Source of the DNA: Verrucomicrobiota bacterium
GTDB lineage: Bacteria > Verrucomicrobiota > Verrucomicrobiia > Opitutales > Coraliomargaritaceae
NCBI GenBank assembly: GCA_039815375.1
Contig: JBCBZJ010000003.1
Span: 192,001-256,000 of the forward strand
Direction of reading: 5' to 3'
DNA: 64,000 nucleotides
In this document: one piece after another, positions 28,867 to 38,478 of the stretch
Layout of the letters: the number at the start of each line of letters is the position of its first letter
Position numbering within the stretch: the first letter of the stretch is position 1
The notes under the pieces: model-generated
The model's input: the letters and a program-made list of their open reading frames with translations, nothing else
What the model was told of the DNA's origin: nothing
The model's database searches: none
Position numbers and translations under genes: made by a program

Positions 28867-29886
28867 TCATTTCTGGAAGGAAGCATCAAATCGCGTAGGC
28901 AGGAACTTGAGTGGAGCGACTTCATCAACTGTCATTTCCTTGTCGAGAAGGCCAATTTCGCTGAGTGTGTTAATCTGGTCTTGTATCCTGCTTTCACGGA
29001 TCAGTCCGGTTTCGTCGATTTGATTCCTTCCGCTGATCAACGCGTTCTCCTTCATTGCGCTCAAACTATAAGCGAGAAACTCGTCAGTCATTTTTGGATT
29101 CAACGATGCGATTTCGGCATTCGCTTTTTCCCGAGGCCCTTTCATGTAGCTCTCCCATCCGCGGATTGATGCAGCAATGAATGCCTTTACGATCTCAGGC
29201 CGATTTGTGGCAAGCGCTCGGCTCGTGTAGATTACGCGGTAAGGATCAAAGCCTGTATCCGCAAGCAGGAGCGTCCGCGTCGGCGTGTCTTCCTTAGCCA
29301 TGTAATAAGGCTCGTTTGTGATAAAGCATTGTTGGATGAACTCCGGATCGCTGATAAATCGACTCATGCCGTAGTCGAGTGGAATGACGTCGACATCAAT
29401 GTCGAACTTCCGACGCAGGACATCGACAAAGACCGCTCCCGGTGTGGTCATGATCTTCTTTCCGTCGAGGTCGCCGAATTCTTTTACATCGCTGCCAGCG
29501 TGGACAAGCAGAGCTTGGGGATCGTGCTGCATAAATGAGCCGGTAATGACAAGAGGAACTCCGCGCGCCGACTGAATGATGATGTCGTCACTACGGCCGA
29601 TCGCAAAGTCGGCATTCTTGCTCGCTACCTTTTGGTAGGTCATCGCGTTCGGGCCGCCCTGATTGATGGTTACGCTAAGGCCAACTTCTTCATAGTAGCC
29701 TTCGGCTACGGCTTGGTAGAAGCCACCGTGCTCGGCTTGTGCATACCAATCGGTCTGCAGAACGATCCGGGTGAGCCCATTCTCGTCGGTTGTTTGCTTC
29801 TTCCCGCAGGCAGAAAACGCGAGCAAGATAAAGAGAGCAGTCGTGGTTCGAATGAGTGCTTGGATTTTGTTTTCGAAGATCTTCAT
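28867..29886 (-). CDS. NMT1/THI5-like ABC substrate-binding lipoprotein
   Basis: Lipobox FSAC; LQTDWYAQAEHGGFYQA; QGGP; ASIRGW. Confidence 0.9.
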   Translation of the reverse strand: MKIFENKIQALIRTTTALFILLAFSACGKKQTTDENGLTRIVLQTDWYAQAEHGGFYQAVAEGYYEEVGLSVTINQGGPNAMTYQKVASKNADFAIGRSDDIIIQSARGVPLVITGSFMQHDPQALLVHAGSDVKEFGDLDGKKIMTTPGAVFVDVLRRKFDIDVDVIPLDYGMSRFISDPEFIQQCFITNEPYYMAKEDTPTRTLLLADTGFDPYRVIYTSRALATNRPEIVKAFIAASIRGWESYMKGPREKANAEIASLNPKMTDEFLAYSLSAMKENALISGRNQIDETGLIRESRIQDQINTLSEIGLLDKEMTVDEVAPLKFLPTRFDASFQK

Positions 29887-29903
29887 GATCGGATGCAGGA
29901 TTG

Positions 29904-30725
29904 TTAGTTGACTTCGGACTTTCGAACCGAGTCGTGCCAGTTCTTAAGAAGATACCAGTGCAACAGGTTAACACAGCCCACGAAGATGAAGCCCAAAAGG
30001 CAGGCGACAAAAGCTGTGGCAAAGAGTTCTGGAATCTTCAGTTGCGAGTTGTAAACGATGACCATGAATCCGATGCCACCAACGCCACCCTGCGAGCTAC
30101 CGGCAAAAATATCTCCGGTAATTGCACCGATTGGAGCCAGTGTTCCCGCTATCTTCATCCCGGTCAGGAAGTAGGGCATCGCGTAGGGGACGCGCAGATA
30201 GATGATCTCCTGGGATTTTGTTGCGTTACACATTTCCATCAGGTCGAGCAGGTTTCGGTCAGTTGAGACAAGTCCCATCGTGGTGTTTGCGACGACAGGA
30301 AAGAACCCGATAAGAAATGTGATTACAGTGATACTGGGAACGCCCTGCCCGAACCAAAGCACGAAGATCGGTGCAAGAACGACTACCGGTGTCATCTGAA
30401 GAACAAGCACCCAAGGATAGAGGCTTTGCTTTACCCATACTGCTGAGGCAAGGATCATCGAGAGCACATAACCCACGACAACCGCCATCAAAAATCCCAG
30501 AACCGCAGTGAAGGCCGTCTGACTGGCAGATGCCAGAAGCACCGCTCGTTCGGCGATCAGTGCATCAAAAATCTGGTGCGGGAATGGAATGACAATGCGC
30601 TGGGTATCAAAGCCCTCCGCTTGGCCGTATGCATAGGAAATAGAATACCAAATCAGAAGAATCGCTGCGCCCGAGATGATCGGCAGCATCCAGAATTGAT
30701 TATGCTTCCAGATTTTCGTCACCAT
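29904..30725 (-). CDS. ABC transporter permease (SsuC/TauC type)
   Basis: QMTPVVVLAPIFVLWFG; LRVPYAMPYFLTG. Confidence 0.9.
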   Translation of the reverse strand: MVTKIWKHNQFWMLPIISGAAILLIWYSISYAYGQAEGFDTQRIVIPFPHQIFDALIAERAVLLASASQTAFTAVLGFLMAVVVGYVLSMILASAVWVKQSLYPWVLVLQMTPVVVLAPIFVLWFGQGVPSITVITFLIGFFPVVANTTMGLVSTDRNLLDLMEMCNATKSQEIIYLRVPYAMPYFLTGMKIAGTLAPIGAITGDIFAGSSQGGVGGIGFMVIVYNSQLKIPELFATAFVACLLGFIFVGCVNLLHWYLLKNWHDSVRKSEVN

Positions 30726-30728
30726 AAA

Positions 30729-31502
30729 TCAGTGCACGGTTCGAATTGCATGTGAGACTCGAGCAACGTAGTCGAGATATTCGCGTGTCTCTCGCAGCTC
30801 GGCATTGCGTTCTTGAGGCAGGTCGATTTCGATGACTTCTGAAATTCGACCCGGGTTTGCCGCGAGGACGATAATCTTCGTCGACAGGAAAACCGCTTCG
30901 GCGGCAGAGTGCGTCACAAAAAAGGCGGTCCATTGGTCGCGGGCATGTATTTTCAAAAGATCCTCGTTCAGATAATCCCGCGTCATTTCGTCCAAAGCAC
31001 CAAACGGTTCGTCGAGGAGGAGGACCCGTGGCGAGAGCGTAAGAGATCTCGCGATGGAAACGCGCATCCGCATACCACCGGAAAGTTGCCAGGGGTAGCG
31101 ATCGGTTGCATGAGAGAGATTTACGAGATCGAGCATCTTTCTCGAGGTTTCAATCCTTCGGGATTTTTCGATGCCGCGAAGTTTGAGAGGCAGTTCAACG
31201 TTCCCCAGGACACGACGCCACGGGAGTAGGTTCGCCTCTTGAAAAATGAAGGACATTTCTTCGCGGGCATTTTTCGGAGTCATCCCATCCACCACGACAT
31301 TGCCCTCAGTGACCGAATATAGCCCGGCAATGATTTTCAAAAGCGTCGATTTGCCGCATCCACTTGGTCCAACCAAACTAATGAATGCACCTTTTTTCGC
31401 GCGGAAGTTGATGTTATCGAGGACGGTTGTGTCGCCGAAGCGTTTTACAACGGACTCTAATTTAACCATCAGGTGGTCGGAAAATGGGCTTGGATCGCTC
31501 AC
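30729..31502 (-). CDS. ABC transporter ATP-binding protein (SsuB/TauB type)
   Basis: GPSGCGKS, LSGGM, LLLDEPFGALD. Confidence 0.93.
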   Translation of the reverse strand: MSDPSPFSDHLMVKLESVVKRFGDTTVLDNINFRAKKGAFISLVGPSGCGKSTLLKIIAGLYSVTEGNVVVDGMTPKNAREEMSFIFQEANLLPWRRVLGNVELPLKLRGIEKSRRIETSRKMLDLVNLSHATDRYPWQLSGGMRMRVSIARSLTLSPRVLLLDEPFGALDEMTRDYLNEDLLKIHARDQWTAFFVTHSAAEAVFLSTKIIVLAANPGRISEVIEIDLPQERNAELRETREYLDYVARVSHAIRTVH

Positions 31503-31571
31503 GATCTAAGACGGACCACAACGGTCTTGTGTTCTACAACCATCTCGGTTCGTTCAATTTATATTTTCGGC

Positions 31572-32963
31572 TTAGGCGCTTGCTGCAGTCGTCGCAAACG
31601 GGTTTTTCTCGTAGGTTGCCATCTTCCCGGGATTCATGAGTGCCTTCGGGTCAACTTCATCTTTCAACGCACGCTTCTCGACAATGTCATCGTGCACACC
31701 ACCTCCTTCCATGGTGAAGGTGTGAGGATTTGCGACACCCACACCGATACTTTCGCAGTAGTCGATGATCTCATTGAGGCGCGCTTCGTTCTTATACCGG
31801 ATCAAGGGAATGCCGCCGACCGCCACACCGGTTTTCTCCTGTTTGAATTTTGAGTTTCCAAGCGTCAATTCGAGGTGCATCAAAAACTCGTCGCCGAACT
31901 TTGCCTTCAACTTGTCGAGATTACCTTTGTAGTCCTCTCCAAATCCGCACTGGAGATAGGTCATGCTCGGATCCGCCTTGATCGCCCAAAGGGTGGTGTG
32001 GTTCCAGGTATAGTCTGTGATAAAGGGCGGTTTGGGCGGTTCGCCAAAGGGCTTGGAAAAGACGTTTGCAATGCCCTTTTTCTCCGCCGATGCAATCACC
32101 TGCTCTGCGTCCGGCATGTCGACCATAAGAAATGAACTGTGGACGCCCTCGGGAATGTATTTCTTCAAAGGTTTGAAATAGCTCGAGATCGGATCTTCGA
32201 AAACTGTCACTAGCCGTTTTGGAATGTCCGGCTCTTCAGCAATCTCATAGCTCCAGTCGAGTAGATGATGCCAGTCATCATGGGTGAAAATCATCTGTTG
32301 CCAGGGATAGGCTTTTGCAAGACGCATCTCTGCCTCGACCATAATTCCGGTTGTGCCGTAGGTGTGAAGTGCTTTGATGCAATCACGCTCCTCCAGCTTT
32401 ATGAAGCGCGGCTCTGCCTCCATAGTCATCAAAGTGACCGACTTCATATTATCCTCGTAGGCAATCCCCCCGTTTCTAATCGAACCGATTCCTCCGGAGC
32501 CTCCACATAGAAAACCACCGAACGAGCTGATTGCCCAGGTCGAAGGCATACAGCGGAGCTCCCAGCCTTTCTCTCGTGCAGCGAGTTCAATCTTACGAAG
32601 GGTTGCCCCAACTTCAGCATGTGCCACACCATCGACATTATAAATAGTATTGAGCCCCATCAAGTCGATGACGGCACCTCCATATAGAGGAATGAGCTGT
32701 CCGTAATTACCGGAACCGCCTCCACGGAGTGTGACGGGCACCTCGTTTTTGTAGAGCAATGAAACCACACTCCTTAGTTCCTCCTTGCTTTTCACAAGTA
32801 GTGCGACCTCCGCTTTTTTCTCTTCAAGGAGCGCTTTCAGGACCGGCGAATACCAGTAGAAGTCCTTGGAATACTTCTCGGTCTTTTCTCCGGTTACAAT
32901 CTGGTCTTCAGGCAATAGCTCGCCAAGTTGAGCGAGCACACTTTGGCTAATTGTTTTTGTCAT
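31572..32963 (-). CDS. FAD-binding oxidoreductase (FAD_binding_4 / VAO-type)
   Basis: SKDFYWYSP, RGGGSGNYGQ, GGFLCGGSGG, NPHT, DPKALMNPGK. Confidence 0.85.
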   Translation of the reverse strand: MTKTISQSVLAQLGELLPEDQIVTGEKTEKYSKDFYWYSPVLKALLEEKKAEVALLVKSKEELRSVVSLLYKNEVPVTLRGGGSGNYGQLIPLYGGAVIDLMGLNTIYNVDGVAHAEVGATLRKIELAAREKGWELRCMPSTWAISSFGGFLCGGSGGIGSIRNGGIAYEDNMKSVTLMTMEAEPRFIKLEERDCIKALHTYGTTGIMVEAEMRLAKAYPWQQMIFTHDDWHHLLDWSYEIAEEPDIPKRLVTVFEDPISSYFKPLKKYIPEGVHSSFLMVDMPDAEQVIASAEKKGIANVFSKPFGEPPKPPFITDYTWNHTTLWAIKADPSMTYLQCGFGEDYKGNLDKLKAKFGDEFLMHLELTLGNSKFKQEKTGVAVGGIPLIRYKNEARLNEIIDYCESIGVGVANPHTFTMEGGGVHDDIVEKRALKDEVDPKALMNPGKMATYEKNPFATTAASA

Positions 32964-32987
32964 GGTAGTCGAATCGATAAGGACATA

Positions 32988-33004
32988 AGCAGTTTTTCTG
33001 CCAT
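32988..33004 (-). promoter_or_regulatory. sigma54 promoter of the oxidoreductase-ABC operon
   Basis: TGGCAGAAAAACTGCT (GG-N10-GC). Confidence 0.55.
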
Positions 33005-33073
33005 TCGCAAGAGTGTGCCAATTTGACGGCAACTCGGACGCAAGTTGTTATGATGCCAAGTCTGAACCGGATT

Positions 33074-33089
33074 TGGTATGTCAACTGCT
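33074..33089 (+). promoter_or_regulatory. sigma54 promoter
   Basis: TGGTATGTCAACTGCT; predicted +1 at 33100, GTG at 33101. Confidence 0.55.
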
Positions 33090-33100
33090 AATCGTTCCGA

Positions 33101-34006
33101 GTGAAATCTTTTCGACTACCGATTTCTCAGGTCGCTGGAACCTGCTGTATTCTTTTTCATTCTGTTTCTCCGCTTCTACTTGCCGTTGCGCTTGGAGCTA
33201 TGATCGCGGCGATTACCTCGGTTAGGGCGGAAGCGGCATCGACCACAGAATCAGCAACTAGTCTGGACCTACTGGTTGAGTTCGCCGGTAGCGACCGCGA
33301 ACCAATCACCATACCTCGCGAGAAGCTCTATACAATGGGGGTGGAAAAGGTCGAAGTCATGATTCCCTACGCAGAAAAAACGGTGACCTGTACAATTCTG
33401 CCGGTTCGTAAGCTCTATGCCTATCTCGAAGTGGATCACTCGATTGCATCAGCAGCTGAAAGTTATGACGGATATTATTCAATCTACCCGACAAAATTTG
33501 TTCAGGACTATGATCCTTATTTGGTTCTCGATTTCGACGGAGTGGAGAAAGGGAGCCTGAAGCTCGAAGGCACGCCGGAGCTTGGTCCGTTTTATATTAC
33601 TTTTGCCGCTCCGCTTGTGCAGGGAAGTGATGAAATGCCGGATCCAGACAATAAGCGTCCATTTGGTGTTACAAAAATGACGCTGGGTAGCTACGACGAT
33701 CTGCTTGGTTTCATGTATGAGGGTGCTTTTGCCAATCTCGATGCAGCAGCGAAATATGGAAGAGAGCTTTACACGAACAACTGCATGAGCTGCCACGCCT
33801 GGACCGCTGAAGGCCCCGGAGGAGTCTTCTCAAACCGGACCGCCCAGATTCTCTCTGTGCACGCCAAGTTCAATCGGGATTATTTTAGTAAATACATCAT
33901 CAACCCGACCCAATTTATTCCCGATGTTAAAATGCCGAAACACCCGCACTATGCCGATGAAGAGATCGATGCGCTCATTGCTTTCCTTTCCAAAATTGAA
34001 ATCTAG
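33101..34006 (+). CDS. Exported degenerate SUOX-like domain plus cytochrome c fusion (paralog 2)
   Basis: SYDGY, LGPFYI, CMSCH heme motif, KMPKH. Confidence 0.8.
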   Translation: MKSFRLPISQVAGTCCILFHSVSPLLLAVALGAMIAAITSVRAEAASTTESATSLDLLVEFAGSDREPITIPREKLYTMGVEKVEVMIPYAEKTVTCTILPVRKLYAYLEVDHSIASAAESYDGYYSIYPTKFVQDYDPYLVLDFDGVEKGSLKLEGTPELGPFYITFAAPLVQGSDEMPDPDNKRPFGVTKMTLGSYDDLLGFMYEGAFANLDAAAKYGRELYTNNCMSCHAWTAEGPGGVFSNRTAQILSVHAKFNRDYFSKYIINPTQFIPDVKMPKHPHYADEEIDALIAFLSKIEI

Positions 34007-34997
34007 TCCGAAGATTTGGTTTCCTGGTGCTTTGGCCCTTGCACTCGGAATTATGCTCGGTTGTGAGACAGTCGACGAAAACGAGGAAACTGCAGGGCTT
34101 GAAATGGAAAAAGTCGTTATGCAGTTCGACTGGATTTTTAACGCGCAGTTTGCGGGTTTTTACCAGGCGGTCGAGCAGGGCTTTTTTGCAGAGGAAGAGA
34201 TCGAGCTTGAAATGCGAGGAGGGCCAACTACGCCGCATATTGTTGATGGAACCCTGAATGAGCCAGCGATCAGCTTCGGAAGCTCCGAGAGTAATGTCCT
34301 CATTGCAGAGGCTGCTATGGGTAAGGATCTAAGGATCATCGGAACGATGTTCCAGTCTTCCCCGATGGGCTGGATGTATGTTCGCGGTAACGAGATTGAG
34401 AGCTTCACTGATCTGGCTGATAAGCGAGTGGGTGTCCATGATGACGGCTGGCGGGTCATCAAGCTCCTCCTTCAGAAGCAGGGCGTCGATATTTCCAATT
34501 TGGAGACCTTCAACTGTGACTACGATCCGAAAGTGATACTCGAAGGCGAGGCAGATGCGATGCAGTGCTATTACATTGATGAGTTCGTAAAGCTGGAGCA
34601 GATGATCGGTGAGAAGGCCGGGGTCTTTCTGGCTCGGGACTTCGGATATGATGCATTCTCACAAGTGATGTTTACACATGCCGAAACAATTGAAAAGTAT
34701 CCTGAAGTTGTTGAAGGGTTTCTCCGTGCGGTAAAGAAAGGGTGGGCCCATGCTTTTGAGAATCCCGAGGAAACAGTCGATCTGATCATCTCTAAATATA
34801 GTCCTGAGCTTGATCGGGACTATCAGCTCGGTTCTCTCGCAAAGATTGAGGAACTTATGGTTCCCGATGGCGGCGAGCTTCTGCAGCCAATTGAAAGCTC
34901 TGTTCTTACCGCTGGCCAGGAGCATCTTTTGAAATACAAGCTTATTGAAGGGACAGTCGACTTCGATAAAATCCTTCAGCAACAGTTCCTGCCTTAG
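33996..34997 (+). CDS. NMT1/THI5-like ABC substrate-binding lipoprotein
   Basis: Probable TTG start at 33996; lipobox MLGC; QFDWIFNAQFAGFYQA; KKGW. Confidence 0.88.
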   Translation: MKSSPKIWFPGALALALGIMLGCETVDENEETAGLEMEKVVMQFDWIFNAQFAGFYQAVEQGFFAEEEIELEMRGGPTTPHIVDGTLNEPAISFGSSESNVLIAEAAMGKDLRIIGTMFQSSPMGWMYVRGNEIESFTDLADKRVGVHDDGWRVIKLLLQKQGVDISNLETFNCDYDPKVILEGEADAMQCYYIDEFVKLEQMIGEKAGVFLARDFGYDAFSQVMFTHAETIEKYPEVVEGFLRAVKKGWAHAFENPEETVDLIISKYSPELDRDYQLGSLAKIEELMVPDGGELLQPIESSVLTAGQEHLLKYKLIEGTVDFDKILQQQFLP

Positions 34998-35091
34998 AGA
35001 ACATTCAATAAAAGCTAATTATGCTTACTCTGATTAGCGACACGTGATAATTAAAGTAACGCTTTTATCAATTTATTAGATATACTCTTAG
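34994..35091 (+). mobile_element. MITE-like repeat, internally deleted copy
   Basis: Left end TTAGAGAACATTCAATAAAAGCTAATTATGCTTACTC and right end TAAAGTAACGCTTTTATCAATTTATTAGATATACTCTTAG match the other copies; overlaps a TAG stop. Confidence 0.55.
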
Positions 35092-35110
35092 ACCTGCTTA
35101 ATAGAATTCA

Positions 35111-36403
35111 GTGACAGCAACTCTATATAAGAACGCGCAAGTTCCATCTGCTTTACTCAGTATCCCTGTAGAGGGAATCGCCGAGCCATCGACGGTTTGC
35201 GATATCGTAGTAGCGGAGGGTAGGATTATAGAGATCGCGGAACCGTGTTCTGTGAATCGCACTGACGTGACAGTTGTCGACCTTGACCAGCGGATTGTTT
35301 TTCCCGGATTTCTTGATGCACATGTGCATATCGACAAGGCTTTCAGTTGGGAACGTGCGCCAAATGTCCGTGGCGAATTTTGGGATGCGATCGAACTACT
35401 GGGTAAGGACAAGGATAACTGGACTGCGGAGGATCTTTACCAGCGGGGAACCTTTGCACTGCGATGCGCCGAAGCAAATGGCACTGTTGCGATCAGGACA
35501 CATGTGGACACTTGGATAGGAGGAGGCGAGGTAAGCCATGCAGCGATGCAAACGCTGCGGGAGGAATGGTCCGGTCGCATCCAACTTCAAACTGTGAGCC
35601 TTGCCGGCATCGATCAATACATGGAGCCGGGTGGCCGACGTATGGCTGAGTTTACGATGAGTTATCCGGACTCGCTTTTGGGGGGCATGCCGCAGATGAA
35701 TCCCGATCTTGATCAGCAACTCGACTATTTCTTCGACCTTGCTGCCGAGTATGGCGCTGCGGTCGATTTGCATGTCGATGAAAACGGAAATCCGTATGCC
35801 GAATGCCTGCGCAAAGTTGCTGAAACTGTCCTCCGAAAAGAGTTTCCGCATCCGGTCACCTGCGGGCATGTGTGTAGCCTCGCCGTGCAGGATCCGGAGC
35901 GAGCGCTTTCGACGCTGCAACTGGTCAAAGAAGCAGGTATTCAAATCATTTCCCTGCCGATGTGTAATCTCTACCTTCAAGGTCGGCCTGCGGAGTCCGG
36001 ACGGCGCGGCACACCTCGCTGGCGAGGGGTCACTCTGCTTCACGAAATGATTGAAGCTGAGATACCTTTTGCCTGTGCCAGTGATAATGTCCGCGATGCG
36101 TTCTACGCTTGGGGTGACTTTGATATGTTCGAAGTCTTTACCCAGAGTATTCGTATCGCTCATTTGGATACAGAAATGGATGCGGCGTGCCGTGCGGTGA
36201 CGGCTTCGGCTGCCGATATCATGGGTCTCAAAAATTTCGGATCGATTGAGGTGGGCGCCGATGCGCGACTGGTGGCGTTCGATTCCCGCACGTTCAACGA
36301 ACTTCTATCACGACCAACTCAATCACGTCAGCTCCTGGGCTTTAATTCTGCCGCAGGCAAGAGCCCCGATTACAGCGAACTTGGTGAATTAAAGCGCGTC
36401 TGA
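35111..36403 (+). CDS. Cytosine deaminase-family amidohydrolase (pterin/creatinine deaminase-like)
   Basis: DAHVHIDK, IRTHVD, DLHVDE, GHVCSL, LPMCNLYLQ, SDNVRD. Confidence 0.88.
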   Translation: MTATLYKNAQVPSALLSIPVEGIAEPSTVCDIVVAEGRIIEIAEPCSVNRTDVTVVDLDQRIVFPGFLDAHVHIDKAFSWERAPNVRGEFWDAIELLGKDKDNWTAEDLYQRGTFALRCAEANGTVAIRTHVDTWIGGGEVSHAAMQTLREEWSGRIQLQTVSLAGIDQYMEPGGRRMAEFTMSYPDSLLGGMPQMNPDLDQQLDYFFDLAAEYGAAVDLHVDENGNPYAECLRKVAETVLRKEFPHPVTCGHVCSLAVQDPERALSTLQLVKEAGIQIISLPMCNLYLQGRPAESGRRGTPRWRGVTLLHEMIEAEIPFACASDNVRDAFYAWGDFDMFEVFTQSIRIAHLDTEMDAACRAVTASAADIMGLKNFGSIEVGADARLVAFDSRTFNELLSRPTQSRQLLGFNSAAGKSPDYSELGELKRV

Positions 36404-36430
36404 AGGCGTCATCCTAACAAAAAAATAATT

Positions 36431-36937
36431 ATGATACTCATTCGACTTTCAAAAATCCTGCCCGTCCTATCGGTCGCGTTTTTCCTGTTTCTTGTCGTTC
36501 TCAACAACCTGACGGACTACGGCTCGAACTACCTCTTCGTGGAGAACGTATTGGGTATGACGACTGTCTTCGAAGGCAACCAGCTGATGTGGCGTGCGAT
36601 TGAAAGTCCTCTGGTCCATACGGCTTTCTATTTTTCGATCATCCTGTGGGAGGCGGCGGCAATGGCGCTGTGCGCATGGGGTGGATGGAAATTGCTTCAG
36701 GTCATCAAGGGCTCGAAGGCGGAATTTGAGGCTGCAAAGCAAATCGCGATCGCCGGGATTGTCTTGAGCATGCTGCAGTGGTTTGTGGCCTTCATAACGG
36801 TTGGCGGCGAGTGGTTTACGATGTGGCAGTCACAAATCTGGAACGGACAGGATGCCGCCTTCCGCATGTTTGCCTGTCTCGGGATTATACTTATCTTCCT
36901 TTATCTGCCTGAATTCGGAGAAAAGGAAGATGCTTAG
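36431..36937 (+). CDS. DUF2165-like small integral membrane protein
   Basis: NNLTDYGSNY.FV..VL.M; GGEWFTMWQSQIWNGQDAAFR. Confidence 0.85.
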   Translation: MILIRLSKILPVLSVAFFLFLVVLNNLTDYGSNYLFVENVLGMTTVFEGNQLMWRAIESPLVHTAFYFSIILWEAAAMALCAWGGWKLLQVIKGSKAEFEAAKQIAIAGIVLSMLQWFVAFITVGGEWFTMWQSQIWNGQDAAFRMFACLGIILIFLYLPEFGEKEDA

Positions 36938-37020
36938 TCGATTTACGAGCTTTGGCCGGTTCGTCCGTAGATCTTAATAAGACGCGTGTTTTGAGTATGG
37001 GATATGCTTTGAAAAAAGAA

Positions 37021-38478
37021 ATGAGAATGACAAGGCTTTGGCTTCGAGCTACTCAGGTTCTGCTTATCCTGTTATTTTTTGATTTTCAGGCCGATGCCGT
37101 TACATGGGTCCGTTCCGACTGCATTCTGACCCTTGCAGATGGTGAGGAGACCCCGATCAATGGCTACCTGAAGATCAGTTCCGAGGGGACAATTGTTGCG
37201 ATTGAAAGTGGTGATATTCCCGACGGCGTTACCGGGCGATTTGTGGATGCAATGGGGAAGATCGTGATGCCGGGCTTCGTTTCGGGGCACAACCATCTTT
37301 GGCAGAGTGCGTTTCGAGGTCTGGCAAGTGATCAAGAGCTCTATGGTTGGTTGGAGAGCCTTCACTGGACCTACGGCGATTTCTTCGAAGAGGACGACAT
37401 GTATACTTTTACGCTGTACGGCGCACTGGATCAGCTGGGCCATGGAATCACGACAACGCTTAATCATACCCAGAATATTGCGCCCACGTATGCTCACTAT
37501 CTCGAGCAATTCGATGCAGAAATGGACGCGGGGCAGAACTTTGTCTTCTCATATGTGCTCGACCGTAATGAAAAAGACCCGGCACGCCGAAAGGCAAAGT
37601 TGGTCGAGCTAATGGAGGCAACCGAGGCGATCGAAGATCAACATCCTTGCCTTGGGTTTGGTTTACATGGCGTAGGGGTTTATTTCAGTGCCGAGGTTCA
37701 CCGCGAAGAGGTTGCTATCGCCAAGGAGCTCGATCTGGACATGCAGATCCACTACCTTGAAGAAAAAGACCAATCGCTGAAAAAAGGACAAAGTCAGTTT
37801 GCTGATCTCCATGCGGATGGTGGTGTCTGGGACGGTTTGGTTTATGCGCACTTCATTCACGTAACGGATGAGATTTTGAAGACCTCGGCGGAGGCGGGTG
37901 CAAAGATGATTTGGAATCCTCTCTCAAACGGTCGGTTGGCATCGGGTCTTGCCGATATTCCGCGCTACCTCGATGAAGGTCTTTTGATCGGGATGGGTGT
38001 TGACGGAACTGCCAGTGCCGACGTCTGTGACCCATTCCAAAATATGCGGATGGGTATGTATGCGCTTCGAATGCGCGATTCCGAGGCCAGCGTTATGTCG
38101 TGCTATGAGGTGCTACGACTTCACACCTTGAAAACTGCGGAAGTGCTCGAGGTCGAAGATCGAGTTGGTAGTCTGGAGGTCGGGAAGTATGGGGATTTTC
38201 TTGTTGTTGAGCCAGAGTCTCCGGTTTTTGACCCCTATGCTTCCCTCGTGATGGCGACCAGTGCCGGGGATATTTCTGGAGTCTGGGTTCGCGGTATCGA
38301 GCGAGTGCGCCGAGGAAAGCTGACTGAACATTCGATGAGCAAAGTGAAGAAAGAGATGGTCACCCGCGTTGCGCGAATCGTGGCTGCACAGAAAGTTTCG
38401 GCTCAAATGAGTGGGGGGACTCTTTCGGGCACCTCGGTTTTTCCGGGATGTTTTGGGTGCTGCGGATTGGGGCACTAA
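37021..38478 (+). CDS. Amidohydrolase (8-oxoguanine/isoxanthopterin/guanine deaminase-like) with apparent signal peptide
   Basis: PGFVSGHNHLWQ, QIHYLE, AHFIH, NPLSNGRLASG, GVDGTAS. Confidence 0.85.
   Translation: MRMTRLWLRATQVLLILLFFDFQADAVTWVRSDCILTLADGEETPINGYLKISSEGTIVAIESGDIPDGVTGRFVDAMGKIVMPGFVSGHNHLWQSAFRGLASDQELYGWLESLHWTYGDFFEEDDMYTFTLYGALDQLGHGITTTLNHTQNIAPTYAHYLEQFDAEMDAGQNFVFSYVLDRNEKDPARRKAKLVELMEATEAIEDQHPCLGFGLHGVGVYFSAEVHREEVAIAKELDLDMQIHYLEEKDQSLKKGQSQFADLHADGGVWDGLVYAHFIHVTDEILKTSAEAGAKMIWNPLSNGRLASGLADIPRYLDEGLLIGMGVDGTASADVCDPFQNMRMGMYALRMRDSEASVMSCYEVLRLHTLKTAEVLEVEDRVGSLEVGKYGDFLVVEPESPVFDPYASLVMATSAGDISGVWVRGIERVRRGKLTEHSMSKVKKEMVTRVARIVAAQKVSAQMSGGTLSGTSVFPGCFGCCGLGH

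Noticed and set aside
33005..33021. TGGCACACTCTTGC on the minus strand as a sigma54 promoter
   Set aside because: Spacing is GG-N9-GC, one short; the adjacent N10 element was preferred
36992..37008. TGAGTATGGGATATGC as a sigma54 promoter
   Set aside because: The position fits (+1 two nt before ATG 37021), but the invariant GG is AG, so it was not counted
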